Shown piece by piece: positions 1 through 15,062 of a DNA stretch of 64,000 nucleotides. The stretch is from the NCBI RefSeq assembly GCF_009914755.1, contig NC_060929.1. One strand, given 5' to 3'. The translations under genes and the position numbers were made by a program. Below the pieces are notes generated by a model that worked only from the letters and a program-made list of their open reading frames with translations, was not told the origin of the DNA and did not search any database. This stretch comes from the human T2T-CHM13v2.0 reference genome, Homo sapiens. How positions within the stretch are numbered: the first letter of the stretch is position 1; every line of letters starts with the position of its first letter.

Positions 1-385
1 AAATTTTGGTACAGTCTCATAATGGGATACTACTCAGCAATAAAAAGAAACAAACTTTCTGAGACATAAAACAAAGGTGAATTATGTCAAGTAAAACAAG
101 GCAGAAACAGAAGGATATGAGAACATTTTCTGAGTCCATTTATATGAGGTTCTAAGAGGCAAAACTAATCAATGGGCTACAAGTCAGATCTTCAGTTGTC
201 TGGTGTAGAAGGCAGTGTGAAGATAAACTGCAAAGGAGCAGGAGAGAACTTCTAGAGTGACAGAAATGTTATATGCATTTATTGGAGTGGTAAGTTATAT
301 GTATGTACATATTTGTGAACCTTTATTAGGATTTCTTTTAAAATTTGTTTAAAATTATATCTTAATAAGGTTGACTTTTAAAAAA
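1..385 (+). mobile_element. Old L1 (L1MC/L1ME-type) 3' UTR fragment
   Basis: Matches L1M 3' motifs: 'atgggatactactcagcaataaaaag', 'ccatttatatgaggttcta..aggcaaaactaatc', 'gtgacagaaatgtt', terminal 'aattatatcttaataaggttg'. Confidence 0.7.
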
Positions 386-2227
386 TACTAATATTGTAAA
401 CTATTAGTAAACTCAAGACCTTTGTACAGACATTTATTGATTTGAGTGTACATGAAAAGGAGAAGTAGAAATCAAGTTTTCATTGACATTTTGAAACAAA
501 AATACTTACAAATAAACTAACAAGCAATGACCAAAAGATACATATGTCAAGATCTGAAAAAGGAAATTCACACATCAATAAGACAACTGAAAAGTTTTTT
601 TAGCTATTAACTGCAAATTGTTAAATAACCAAATAACAAAATGAAGAATAAAATACAGCCTTCATATCTTCTCTCATTCTTAAATCCAGTCTGATTCAAG
701 AGGAAATCAAGCCAAGCAACATCCCAATACAATTGGAGTAGATTTATAACCCAGGTGTATTTTCTATTTAGGTTGGCCTTCCTTTATAAGTTTACTATAA
801 AAATTGAAATTATATTAAAAATGTTATCTAAGTTGTAAAAGTAAAAATAGTAATACTAAAACTATCAGAAAAGATATAACTACTACAACTGTGGAGAAAA
901 GTATTTCCTAATTATCCATTATTTATGGATTAAATTATGAATTATTATTAAATGCAATGAAATATCCTGGGAATGGAGAGAAATCACAAATTCTCCTCTT
1001 ATGTTTGCCCCAATTTATATCATTTATGTGGGCAAACTATATAAGTTTTAGGCTTTTTGATCTTGCAAAATTCATGCAAAGAATTTTCCTAATCATATAG
1101 ACTTAACAGAAAAGATCTAACACTATTAACTATGTATTGAGCCTGCATATAAAAACTTATATTTTTTAAATGGTAAAAAGCTTTATTATCTATGACACAT
1201 AAATGACTAGGCTTCACAGACTTTAAACTTAGAGGGCTCAAGGATGCTCCAAAAGATCATAAAACACTGAACTCCTTTTGAACTGGTTTAAAATCAAGAT
1301 ACTTTTTGACATACTTTATGCCATTTGGCACTTTGTGATATTTCAAAATACCTCACCTTTAAGTTTCAGAAGATTTCAACATGAAAGTCTTCTAGAAAGC
1401 TAGGCGTTATAAAAATAATTCTCAGCATATCGATTTGGAATCAACAAAAATGGTTTACAAATAACTTTACTTCAAGGCCAACCCAGTTTATAGAATCTTC
1501 CTATCTGTTAGCTGCTGAAGCAAAAATAAATTCTGAACTATGATGTTGTCATGGAAGTGTGTGCAAAAGCTAGTTCATGGTCTGTATTCTATAACTGGTA
1601 TTTATAAGTTAAATCATTGTAACAACACTAAAATAGTCTGTATTGTAAGGAAAAATAAAAAGTTCCTCTAATACATCTATTTAGTACTCTGGTTAAGTTA
1701 ACTTTCTTTTCCAAAGCTAATTAACAAAGCTCAAATGACTAAGCCAGCTCAGGTTATGTAAATGCATACCTTGGTATAGTTTACATACATTAAACAGTGG
1801 GAGATTGTTTCCTCACTGAGTTTAGAAAAAACTTAAATTTTAAACTATGTAAAATAAAGACAGGTAATCTGATTTGACATATCTTGAGAAACCTGGAAGC
1901 TACAGGAACCCCACTGCGCCAATAGATGATTAGTTAATAAAGGGAAAGCAGCCTGACACTGAGGTGAACAATAATTAAACCTGTAGTGAAATTCTCTGAT
2001 AAAATTCAATAAAGTGGCACATTGTTAGCAGAACAATGTTTCTTTAAATGGCATTGATGAGTAAACCTCAAAGTGAGATGAGATTCTGTTCAAAGAAAAA
2101 TGCAGACACTCATTTTATGAATTTACTGCTCCCTGGATCATGTTCTATATAGATAATGTATAGTATACTCAATGTATTGGACTTCTACTACTTCTCACAA
2201 TTGATGCAAAGAGGTGCTAGGTGTTGA

Positions 2228-2539
<312 letters not shown>

Positions 2540-2557
2540 TAGGGTTTGCATTTTTAA

Positions 2558-3100
2558 TGCATTTATTCATTTATTTCAATAGTCTGTTTTGTTTTGTTTG
2601 GAGCATAAAGTGCTTAAAAGCTGGAAATCCAAGGATAAATAAACAAAATTGCTGCCATGAAGGGTTTTGTAGTATTACAGGCAAGCCAATGGTATAAAGA
2701 GGTAAATATGTATCAGAGTGCAAAGGATGGCAGGGAGAAAACCCTAACTCAGCCTGAGAGTCAAGAACATATAGAAGAGATGACACTGAGGAGGAATCTT
2801 GGAGAGTTACTAGATTTTTGTCAAATAAGGAAAGATTTCAGGAAGAGAGAACTAACTGGAAAAAAGTATGGAGTTGTGAAAATGACTGAAAATTCATGAT
2901 GTCATAAGACCATTAGCTTGGCCTTTGGGCAGTGGTAGATGGGGGAAATGATAAGTCAACCAGAGAGTTAAGGAAGGATTACATTGTGAATAGCTTTGAC
3001 TGTTGATATAGACTTTTTCCTGTGGACAACAGAAACATAATTCCGCAACTGAGCAGAAAGGACATGACTGCAGGGTTTTATGGCTCCTAGGAGGCGGTGA
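2558..3100 (-). mobile_element. Degraded L2 3' region
   Basis: ATTC-type tail ('atttattcatttatttcaa') followed by purine-rich sequence resembling the L2 3' end in reverse; heavily diverged, limits approximate. Confidence 0.45.
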
Positions 3101-3802
3101 ACTACTTTTTACAGACTCACACATATTTGCAAGGTCCTAGACATCAGTAGAGAGAGTAAAATATATGTTAATATTTCATAATCACAAAATGTAGACCTCG
3201 TTACTGTGCTCTGTATTAAGTATAATGGTGCTTCTCCCAAACAAGGGGGAGAGGAAAGCGCCAGAAATACTTACATGAACAGTGAAGACAGAGATGTGGA
3301 GTGAGACGAGAAGCTGAGAAACCAGGTAAAACTGCCCAATCTAGTTGAGATAAAATAAAGGCCAGGGCAAGCAAAGGCAGTAGAAATAGAGCAAAAAGGA
3401 GTGGAGAGATTTGCAATGAACCAACACATGCTGGTGATGAGTTGGCGGGAGAAGAGGAAGAGGTAATCATCGAGGATGGCAGCTAGGGGAAAAATGTGTC
3501 ATGGTGTTACCAGGCATCTCTGACAATATAAAAGGAAGAGCAGCGTTGCTTTAAGGGAGTGCACAGAGGAGAAGTCTGGACAGAAGCTTCCCAGAAGCCA
3601 TTCTTAAAAGGAAAAAGAGCCCCCTCCCCGCGATTGTTTTGTTTTGTCTTGTTTTGTTTTGTTTCACTACTCATCTATTTCCAGATTGCACTTGGTAATT
3701 TCCTTCAGGAATTCTCTTGGTCATCCATCTCCTCTTCTTCTGAATATATCCATCTATTTTCCCAAAATCTGTATCTTTCAATAACTTTACATTGACTTTT
3801 CT

Positions 3803-4317
<515 letters not shown>

Positions 4318-7002
4318 TAAACAACCTTGTTTCCTATGATCATCCATTACAGCTGGCAGTAAAATACCAAAATCGGCATGAGATTACTGAGTTACTTTAC
4401 CCTCAAAAAACAGAAAGAAAAAAAAAGATATACCCACACACTCTCCTGTTTTCAGCAGGAGTGTGGGCTCAAAGAGTTGCAAGACTATCCTCTGAAGTGA
4501 AAATTAACTCTGAGGCAACCCACCCTGAAAGCCCCAGGTGAAACCAGAGACGGTTTCTGCCTCCCCAAGAGGCTCTTCTCCAAAGCTAATAGGGGTTGGA
4601 ATAGGAGTTAGGGGATAGTATGACTGAGGAGAGTGCTCTGTTGTCCTCTAGAGAAAATTCTGCTATGCACCTTCACAACCACCCTCCATGCCTCTCAAAC
4701 ACAACAAAGGTACAGAATCTATTTAGAAAGATTTCTTATTTTGACTGAATTAAAGGGCTCAATCTTAATTGAAATATAAGAGTTAAAGTATGTACTTGGC
4801 CCTATTATTTTTTTTTTCATGTGCTGATATAATGACGATGATGTAACATCATCTGGAATAAAGACAAAAGTTACATCAAGCTTGAAAATTATATTCCTAA
4901 ATTATACTTAGGATAACAGGTTCAAGCAAGTTCTTAATTCTCAGTAGCAGTGCTTGAGCTAACGAGGATTCTCTTCTGTGTGTCAGCAAATGCCATGCAT
5001 CTACTAAGTAGCTCACTCCCATTTCTACGCTCAGGCCCCAGGCTCTCACACAGAGGGTTCCTAATGGCCTGCAGCCCAATCTTAAACTCACCACATCGCT
5101 GCAGTATGTCATATTCCATCAGGAGCTACTGTGCAAATAACATATTTCCATTTTTAAAGTCTGAAAAATGTCACAAAAAGCTTTTGGCATTTACATGACT
5201 CAGACTTACACCCTCTAATTCTCTCTGCAGCTAATTTCTTATGTTCGATACATATCCACCACAGGAAACCAGGAATAACGATTACAGGAAAAGCTGAAGT
5301 TCGACAGCCCAGCCATTAGCATTCACAAGTCTAAAGAGTAGGGACTTAAATGGCACTATCGATAGTTATTGCTTATATAACGAAAATCAGGACTGTCAAC
5401 ATGTGAGACATTAAAAAATATTCAGTAATTTTAGTTATAGCCTGTAGGGTTTTTTAATGCATTCCTGAGAACTAGCAAAAATCTACAAAGATGTGCACCA
5501 AGAGGGCCTAATAGATCAGAAGAGTGAAATTATATTCAATGTGGGTAAAACAGCTTGCTGTATGTTCTCCAACTACTGATCTTATCTCTCATAATCATGC
5601 CCCATGCTTCGTTTAATGTTGGACCACACTCACTATGAGAGGAAATTCATGCTTGCATTTTATGAGGCTCAGCATGCAAAATCCACATGCTATGTTTCCA
5701 TTTCTTCTGTCTCACTTTACATAGATTGGGCTTTTATCTTTCTGCTGAATAACATTTGTTGTTTTATTTTCCACTGCTAAATATATAAGGGCTTACCAAC
5801 GGAAATGGAGAGACTAGGGGCAGGTCTATCATAGCCCCAGGAAAAGACTCAAGTACACTCTGAAAATCTGTTCATTTAAATGTAGTTGAATTGTATGCAT
5901 TGCCTCAAATGGGGAAAATGTGCATGATTCATAACTGCTCGTTGTTGAAGTGTCCAATGTGAAGCGAAATGGCACAAGGTCCCAAATAATATGATATGCT
6001 ATGTATGCAACACACTAACAGAAACAAAGTTGTAACAAATAACATTTATTTTCTTCTTAAAAGAGCGGCAGTGGTCACAGCTGTCTGCAAACTTAGATCC
6101 CTAATTCATTGGTTGATTCTCGCACATCTGATTAGCTAATTAATTATCATTGAAATGTGCAAGTGAATAAACAACTGGCCTGCATCATTTGATTTTTGTC
6201 TCCAAACTATTTAGCTAACTGAACTCATCTACAGAACAATTAGCTAGTCTTCTGCTGATGCTATTCTTGCAAAACTAAAGAGCTGGCCATGAGCACGGCA
6301 GATGTCTATTCCAGAGGAAGTGACTTTACATGCCTTCTTTGGTCAACTAGGACGGTGATCTTGGGTTATACTTTACACCAGATGGTTAATTTAACCATAA
6401 ACTTATTTCCAAATTAATCCAGATTTCCTAGTTAGCATCAGGTTCTAGTAAGGTAGTTTTCTAGAAGACTCAGGACAGAAGGACTCAGGCAGAAGATTTT
6501 CCCTAACATGACGAATAGATTAGACATCTTCCATATAAATATTTGTATTTTAAATAACTATGTGCATTTATAAAAATACCAATTGGATAGAGTACTGCAA
6601 GATGGCTTATTGATTCAAATTCATACTGATTTTTTTTCTGGAAAAAAATTACTTTATAACCACTAGGCCTTGTGGTTATAAAATATATATATTTGATAAT
6701 TTTATTTTAATAATTTTATCTACATATATTTAATAATTTTTATGAATTTCAATTGAATTTTAGGATCATAGAGAATTTAAGGACCAATTTTATCCCAGTG
6801 AGAAATGATTTAAGGAGGATAGGCTCTGACAATGTTCAATATGCCTTTTCCTAACTCTTCAAAAAGTAACTCCCCCTCACTGGTTGACATTCACTTCCCG
6901 TTTAATAAATATGCACTGAGTATCTTCTATCTTCACATCTCTTGCCAGGAGAAGAGAGGTTTATAAGGATACTTAAGCCTTCATAAAGAATATCATTTTA
7001 AT

Positions 7003-7400
7003 ATTCATTCACTGATCCATTCATGCATTCAGCAAACATTTATTATCTGTTATGAGCTAGATAGTATGTGATGCTGATAAATGAATAAAAAGAAGACTCT
7101 ACCCATATGGACTGCACATTGTAACTGAGGAGACCAACACACTCACAAATATTTAGTACACACTATAATAAGTGCTTATCATAGTATTTGCCAGATGCCT
7201 GAGCAACATATTAAGAAAATGGATTCTCGCACAAGGTAAGGGAGTAGTGGAGAAATGGCTTGGAAGGGGAGAAAGGGCTTAGAAAACTTCATGGAGAGGG
7301 TAACATTTAAACAAGGCCATCAAAAGTGAGCAGTTCTCCAAGGTGGAGAAGGCACTACGAGTACCCAGAGAAAACGAAACATCACAAAGAAGGGCTGAAT
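7003..7400 (-). mobile_element. L2 3' end fragment
   Basis: 'ttcattcactgatccattcatgcattcagcaaacatttatt' is the typical reverse L2 tail, followed by L2-like sequence. Confidence 0.6.
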
Positions 7401-7503
7401 GATGGACATGCATTTAGAGGAGTGCGGGTGCTCCAGTTTCCTGAACCTGGGGGCAAAAGTATGTGAATTATGTTCGTTGCAACTTCTTTCCTTCAGTTCA
7501 AAG

Positions 7504-7822
7504 TAGATGTCACGAACTTATGTCCCTTGGAACATTTTTGGCCCTGGATATGTGCTTGATATAGGCAATGTTTGAATTCATGGACAATATTTCAACATGG
7601 GAAGAATTCACAAAAAATCAGATTTTGAGCTCCTTTTGGAAAAGTCAGTGTTTAGCAGATCTGGGCCAGAATGTATATGTAAAATAATTTCCTGGAGACG
7701 AGCAGTGATTGCCCCATTTCTAGAGGGCTGAACTTTGTGTTTTACTACAATCTTCACTTGGCCAGCTTCACTCATTAATGTTACCTGACAGGCCCAGGCT
7801 AGTATTTTATTTGAGACACCTG
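7504..7822 (+). mobile_element. MER102-type hAT-Charlie DNA transposon fossil
   Basis: Colinear with recalled MER102 consensus ('aattcacaaaaaatcagatttt', 'gcttcactcattaatgttacctg', terminal 'tttgagacacctg'). Degenerate 8-bp TSD GTTCAAAG (7496-7503) / ATTTAAAG (7823-7830). Confidence 0.75.
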
Positions 7823-9525
7823 ATTTAAAGTTTTAATACTTCTGAAGAGGTAATCGACCCTGTGAAGAAAAAAAGTGGAATGTAGCTCTGAACTGTTCAT
7901 CAGTCATTTGTCATTAATACTTGAGGTGTGAATGAGAGACTGGAGAGCAACATGGATTAGAGGAATGGAAAACAGAGCACAAGGTTATTAAGCACTAGGT
8001 GTTTGTTTTTGTGGAGAATGTGGTAGGCTTAGAAAGAAAAAAGAATAAAAGAGGCATAACTTCACAATTTTATGCTTTTACCATGATGAATCACAAAATA
8101 AATATTCACATCAAACTAGATGCCCATTTTAACTCAAACACTGAGCAAAAACACTGACCTTTTCTTAATTCTTGACTATGTTGATTTATTTCCAGTGTCC
8201 ATGTTTGCAAGCATGTAAGTTTAATGGTTAATTCTAGCCCACTTCAGGGTTCTCCTGAAAACTTTTTGGCCCATGCCCACTCACTGAATTCTAACCATGG
8301 ACATTATCCCCAGGTAATTAAAATGTTCACTTAAAAAAAGCCAACTATCACATAGCATTGTTAACCTTCTTCTCAAATAATGTAAGAGATGTCAGAATTA
8401 TCTGTAACGCCTTGGGGCTTTTCTGAAGAGTGAATATCTTTGCACACACTGTCAGCATACACCATGTAGGAATAATTATCATCATTAACCTGAGTCTTAT
8501 TAAGCTGCCTGCTTATTAATATGTATTGCGATTCACTATAAGTGCTAAGTTGTGGCAGAAAAACAAAGAGATAGCTGAATAAAGATGGCATCCCAGGCTT
8601 CCATAACATTATTAAAATATTTAGAAAGTGAAGCTAATGAGTTCACCTTTCTTCTTAAAACACATATATCCCAAATGCTCCTAACCTTTGAAAAGAACAT
8701 GTCAGCTAAATAAGATTATTATATATAAAAGGAAGGAAGAGGGATATTTTAAAAAGAGCCAGACATCATGCATTGTTCATTCACAGAAGACGACGGATAA
8801 AATTAATGATTTGATGAAAATGCTTGTGAATAACTGAATTCCATATTCCAAATGTGACATTTGGAAACCATGTGCTCAGAACCCACAAACCAAAAGCAGA
8901 TGAAATGTTTGCAATAGCTTTCTGGCAGACCTTTAAAGAGTTTCCCAAACTCTAGGGGGCAACTCTTACAGAAGAATGTGCTGGGCCTTAACAACTGTGG
9001 GGTATTACAGCTGAAAATTAGGACCAACCGTAGAGCTGGGCCTTGGAATGGAAGGCTGGCATCACCAATGGGTCGAGCAGCATGATTAGGGTTCCTGAGT
9101 GTTGGGGGTTCTGAGCCACAGAAGAATCTAGACTCTATCAAGGCAGTAAGAAACATAAACCTGCTCCAGTAAAGAATATAGAAAATTAACAAAAATTCTC
9201 CAAAACTGAAAATGGTTCATGACAAATTGAGGCATATTTCAAAGAGCCAGATTTCAAAGAAAAAGTTATACTTGGCCTCCATGAACTATCCTGGCTCCCA
9301 TTTATTGGTTCTGAGATGCATTTGGAGGTACCAACTCTCATCACAAAGTAGTGCACGGACCTCATATTTCCACTCTATCTCCTGAGAAAGAGTGAACAAG
9401 GACAGCAAAATGGACTGATGAAGATGTAGCTTCCCCTCATCATGGCTCTCTCACTCTTTACCCTTTTGCACTCCCCACTCCCTGCCTTGCACATCTAAGG
9501 TTGTTCCAAATTCAGTTACAATGGT

Positions 9526-10672
9526 GGGCTCAGGTTTTGTGTAGCGTGACCTGTATATAATTTGGGACGTTTTCTTTCAGGAAAAGGTTACAACATAAGG
9601 AATACAAAATTAGGTATGAATGTGAATATTTGCTTAGGATGAGAGGAGGAATCACAACAAAATCAAATCTAAAGAAGCTGAAAAAAATCACAAATATTAC
9701 AAAATCCAGAAAACTAATACATAAGAACTCAATGTTACTTAACAAACTCTCTGACCCACCCCTATAATACTTTTCCTCCATTTTGGCTGTATTTTCTTTG
9801 ATCACTGTTCTTATGACAACAATTTTATATATGATTTTTATAAAAAGAATACAAAGATAATACAACTGTGTAAGATAATTGTTACTGTTTGTTTTTATTA
9901 ACAGTAGTTCAGATGTAGAAAACATAAAACTTCAGCACAGACATAATCACTATTTGTAGAACTGTTAAAAGTTTGTGTGCTATAACAAAAATTCAGACAA
10001 ATTATATTTTGCAAAATTTCCATCAAAAAATAAAAACAATGTAGAATACATCTTGAGTGGTATAAGATACATTACTGAGTATATTCATGATAGGAGAGAA
10101 CTTCCATTTTCACTATGTATTGATGTCAATTGAATCCCCCACTTAAAATTTAAACCTCTGATGACTGGAAATAATTTCTGCAAACTGGCTTCTGCATTTA
10201 TATTCTTCAAGCCTTGTTTCTCATCCTCTACTCATGTATTTCTGGTGCTGAATGCTGTAAGACACATTCATATTATGCTTGATAAGGCCTTTGGGCCCAC
10301 ACACCTGGGTGAATTGGCCCAGCGGGTATTTGGAGTATTCCACCTATACTTGGATAGCTAGTAACTTAACAGGAGATTGAAACCACGTAAACATCCACCA
10401 CTAAACCCAAGTTTAATGTGTATCCACAACTCAGCTTCCCCTTGGCCTTATCTAAGACAGGCCCCCTTCCATCCACTCCAGGGCTATCTAACCAAAAAAG
10501 GAAAAAAAAGTTGTAAATGAAGAGAAGTGACTGTGGATAGACATATCGGTATTAATCTATTTCAATTAAAATGCATTACTTTAGCAAACAGTATGACCCT
10601 GTGGACATGTTGCTAAGGCCTTTCATATTACCTTAGACATATCTAGAGCTTCATTAGCTTCAAGGTACAGTC
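9526..10672. mobile_element. ~1.1-kb hAT-type DNA transposon fossil (MER53-like ends, subfamily uncertain)
   Basis: Left end 'caggttttgtg...tatataatttggg...aatacaaaattaggtatg' and right end 'agcttcattagcttcaaggta' resemble the two ends of a recalled short hAT element; AT-rich interior. Confidence 0.55.
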
Positions 10673-10916
10673 CTATGTCAAAACATATAGTTAATCATGT
10701 GAGTGACCTAAAGGTGAGTGAAGCTATCTATTTATACCAACTAAAAACTATTGCAGTTGATCACCTTATCCAAATAATACAATATTATTACCAAGCCAAA
10801 AGAAATATTAAAAAAGCCAAAAACCTCAGGAGATCATTTAATCCAACTCCACATAACCAATATTGGTGTTAACCTAAAACCTCTGTGAGCTAGGCTTAGG
10901 AGACGTTCATTTACCT

Positions 10917-11090
10917 TTCATTAATTCATTTGATAAACATATCTTATTCACATTTTATTTATTTACTCAACCTGTTTTTGCACATATTTATTGAATGACT
11001 ACTATATGGCCAGCATTGTCCTAGGAGATGAATTAATTATCTAAGTGAACAAAATTGACAAAATTCTCAACCCTCTTCTCTACATTCTAC
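10917..11090 (-). mobile_element. L2 3' end fragment
   Basis: 'catatttattgaatgactactatatggccagcattgtcctagg...aagtgaacaaaa' matches the reverse L2a terminus. Confidence 0.65.
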
Positions 11091-14000
11091 CAAAATATCC
11101 TAGTTGTATCAGGAGAATTTTACATTTAAAAATAGGAAGCTGTTGGACATCACATCATTTGTTTAATCAGATATTAGATGCAAGAAACCTTGAAACAGTG
11201 CTTATGTTTGGCAAACCTATGTAAAGAATGTATGAATGACCAATGTAAAGGAAGTAAAATGCATTATTTTTTTCAAGGGCAATAGAAGATTTTCAAGGGT
11301 AATTTTGACAATAAGCAACTTTCCAATTCTTGTCTTAGTGGTTGACTTAAGTATCCTTTGGGAAAGATTACACTCTCCTGTAATTTGGGTATAACTGTAA
11401 GGAATTAATTAGGGATTAAGTTTACAAGCTCTTCCAAAATAGAGTTACTTAGGTATTGGGCAAATAGCTCTCATTGTTTTTAAGAATGAATATGCTATTT
11501 TGCAGAGCACTAAAAGTATAGGACAAGGTTTAAGTTCCAGAATTGATACTAAGTGACCTTTCACAAGGTGAGGTCTATGATTCTAAATCATGTTAATTTA
11601 GATTGTCTGTTTTAATAAGTATTTAAGCTCAATTGACTATACTTGAGTATCTTCAATGACTTGATTTATATTTGTGAAAAATCTCTTAAAATTCTATTGC
11701 ATAGTTTGCATATCACCAAAGTAGCTTTGATAACAACTACTCACAATTCTTCTGGATACATTATGAATTTTTCATTTAAACTGGTCTTTATTTTAATATG
11801 CTCCAACATAAAATTTATAGGATTACTCTGTAATAAATACCTTATATTATTATTCATATCCAATATTCAAAGAATGTTAATAGCTAAAATTCAGCAGTCT
11901 TTCAAGTAGTGGAAAATTATATTTATTTCATCTTCTTAATATTTTAAATCAACCACTGGGGTTTTTGAAAGCTAAGCTTAGAGGTCAGTTTTCAAAATTC
12001 TAATTTTTAAAAATTCCTGATGAACATCATTATTTGTGTAATACTGAATATTAGCAGGAAGAGTACTAGGAAACCCTTACAGAAACATAAATCCAGGTGT
12101 ATAATCTCATGAAGTACACATTAGATGTAATAATTTACCCAGGATTGTTAAGGGCTTCTCATTTTATATTAATGAAGCCATAATATCTTCCTGCTCTGTT
12201 TCTTCATCTAGAAGAGGAGTAAAATTTTACCTACCTCCAAGAAATTGGCATTGATAAGTGAGAAAATCACCCAAGCTTCCCATGGAAAACATTATACCCT
12301 GGAAATAAACTAAGCACATCTGGAAGCAACATTAAAACTCTTTCAGGCCACTGGGGTAAAGCTGCAATCATTTGTTAGTAAACGATACTCTAGCAGCATG
12401 GATGAATGCACATTTAAGAACTCATTTTACTCCCAAAGAGAAACCGAAACCTTGGGAGATTCCCACTGAATATGCAAAATATAATGAGATTTAAATCACA
12501 TTTGAAATAGTTCTTTCTTTTCTCACTTTCTGGTTCCATATTGATACATTTTTTCGTATGCATCCGCTCAACTTGGATTGTCTTCAAAAATCAGGAAATT
12601 ATTCTCTATTTTCATGCCCTTTAACACCCAACATCAGAAGCTATATGAACTCTTATTATTTGCTATTGCTGTTGGTTTTATGGTAATTATAAATTCAGGT
12701 AGTCTGAGCCGTTTTCAAATTATTTAAAAAATTTTTTAGATTGTTTGCACTACTAATATTTCAGGCTCTCCATTTGAAGCCAGAGGATGCTCACTTAATT
12801 TGTCACAATTTTAAAAATAATAACTGGGAAGTCAAGGGAGTCACATCATTTAAATTATGTTCATTACATTGACAAATGGACTACTAAAGGAACTGGGAAG
12901 ATGTCTGAACAGTTTCCTGTTCCTGTCGTGTTCTGTAGCAGCAAGAGTCCTGGGTGACTATGAAATCTGCTGGTAAAGAAAATGAGTGGGGAGTCCAGTA
13001 GATTCCATTTCAGAACACTGATACCTTGAAACTGCTTCAAGCTTACCCTTAAGTATTCCCCCATTTTTTAAAAGTCTGATCACAATAGCAAAGATAAAAT
13101 AGATAAAAAGACAAAAATAATCCCAGCAAAGGTGTTTCAACTGTAGATGAGACAAGTAATCACCCAGTTGCAACCTTTTTTTTTTTTTTTTTAATAAGAG
13201 GTAGTCAAGTTATTTGGTAGAGTTATGGAATGCCACTTCTTACAAGCCCACCTTATTAAAGCATATATTATTCTGTAGGTTTTGCACAATGTTCCAGCTA
13301 GAAAAATAATGATAATTAGCTGCAGAAAATTATCACCTGTTTCAGAGTACCCATTGCCATTGTTGTCTTTTGCCTGTCACTGGACTTCTAACTGAAACAT
13401 TTTCATGCCCTGTGAATGACAGTTTTTAAATTAACAACACCTTCACGTTATTCAGGAAAGAGTGTAGGAAGCGAAGCACACCAGCATGCTTCTCACTGGG
13501 AAGCTGGATCATGTTGTCATTCAAGAGAGAGAACTATGTAACTTGCACGCCCCGCAGCCTCAAGAAATATGTCATTTCTCACTTTCTAAGCCTTCACTGC
13601 TATAACTCACAAACTAACACAGGACACTCACAGGCTTCTACAAGTGAAACCTGGCACGATTGCCTAAAATATTGGGTTTGTCTATTTTGTGCTGTCAACC
13701 TGCTGAAGACCAAAATACCTCAAAAAGCCCAAAATGTAAAGAGTATCAATGTATTTTTCCTTTAACTTTCATGACTTTGGCCTCTGACAGAACCTTAATT
13801 TATTATAACTACTGCGAAAAGCCACATTTTAGCATCAAGTACTGAAGTCAGCTCCAGACACACAAGCCTGCCAACTCTAATTTATTTGAAATGAGGTGAG
13901 ATTTGATCATTTATTTTCCCACTGAGAAGATTTGTGCTGCCTTTTAAAGTGAAAGAACTTGGTATACCTTCAGAAGCTGTTTAGGGTTCTTTGAAATTTT

Positions 14001-14719
14001 GTTAATAAGCATGCTTTGAGGAACAAGTGAATATGGCACAAGATATAATCAGATATAGCCAAAACAGAGCCAAAAGCATCTTGTATTCCTTTGATAGTTA
14101 CCTCAATGACTCACTCAATGACCTAGAAAAGATGACCGTTTAGAAGAGTCAAATCACAGTGTCCTGAGAGAGGGGAGAGGGTTCTGAGGAGGTAGAGTTG
14201 ATTCAAAGTAAAAGTAAAAGATAAAATGAAAAATAGAATTTTTAAGACTGATGGAGTGAAAAGATATTTTGAATTTTTCCAAAATAATTACATTACCAAA
14301 CTGAGTATTATTTAAAGTAAGGTAATATCTTGATTAATAAAAGTCAATCAAAACCAAAATATCTATTGAGTTTTTTTAAAAATGCAAAACAAAGCTATGT
14401 ACAAAAAGATGTGAGTAGAAGAGTTTATATTTGAGGAAGACATGAGAAGTACAAAATAAATAACACTTCAAAGAACAATAGAAAAAATAAAAAATTATGT
14501 ATAAATAATAAATGAATTTAATACTTAATAATTGTAGGAGAGACTGAGGAAGGAAACAAAGCTATAAAATATAAGAAGGAAAAACAGCTTTAGAATTTAA
14601 AGAAAAGCAAAAAAAAAAAATTATATATCCATAAAGTTTAGGTGAATTCCTTTAAAAAAAAAAAAAAAGAAAACTGTTCCCAAAGTTCAAAGACCACAAC
14701 TTTTACCATCTTTCTCTTT

Positions 14720-15062
14720 ATTTAATTTAATTAATTAATTTATTTAGTTAGTTGTCTGTTTATTTAATTAATTTTTTTTTTGAGACAGAGTTTTGCTCTT
14801 GTCACCCAGGCTGCAGTGCAATGGCACGATCTCAGCTCACTGCAACCTCTGCCTCAGGTTCAAGCAATTCTCCTGCCTCAGGCTCCTGAGTAGCTGGGAT
14901 TACTGGCACCCAACACCACACCCGGCTAATTTTTGTATTTTTAGTAGAGACAGGGTTTCACCACGTTGGTCAGGCTAGTCTGGAACTCCTGACCTCAGGT
15001 GATCCACCTTTCTCAGCCTCCCAAAGTGCTGGGATTATAGGCATGAGCCACCGCACCTGGCC
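14720..15062 (-). mobile_element. Full-length AluS (Sq/Sp-like) with AT-microsatellite tail
   Basis: 'gagttttgctcttgt..cccaggctg.agtgcaatggc' and 'ggtcaggct' diagnostics. TSD CCATCTTTCTCTTT (14706-14719) / CCATCCTTCTCCTT (15063-15076). Confidence 0.92.
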
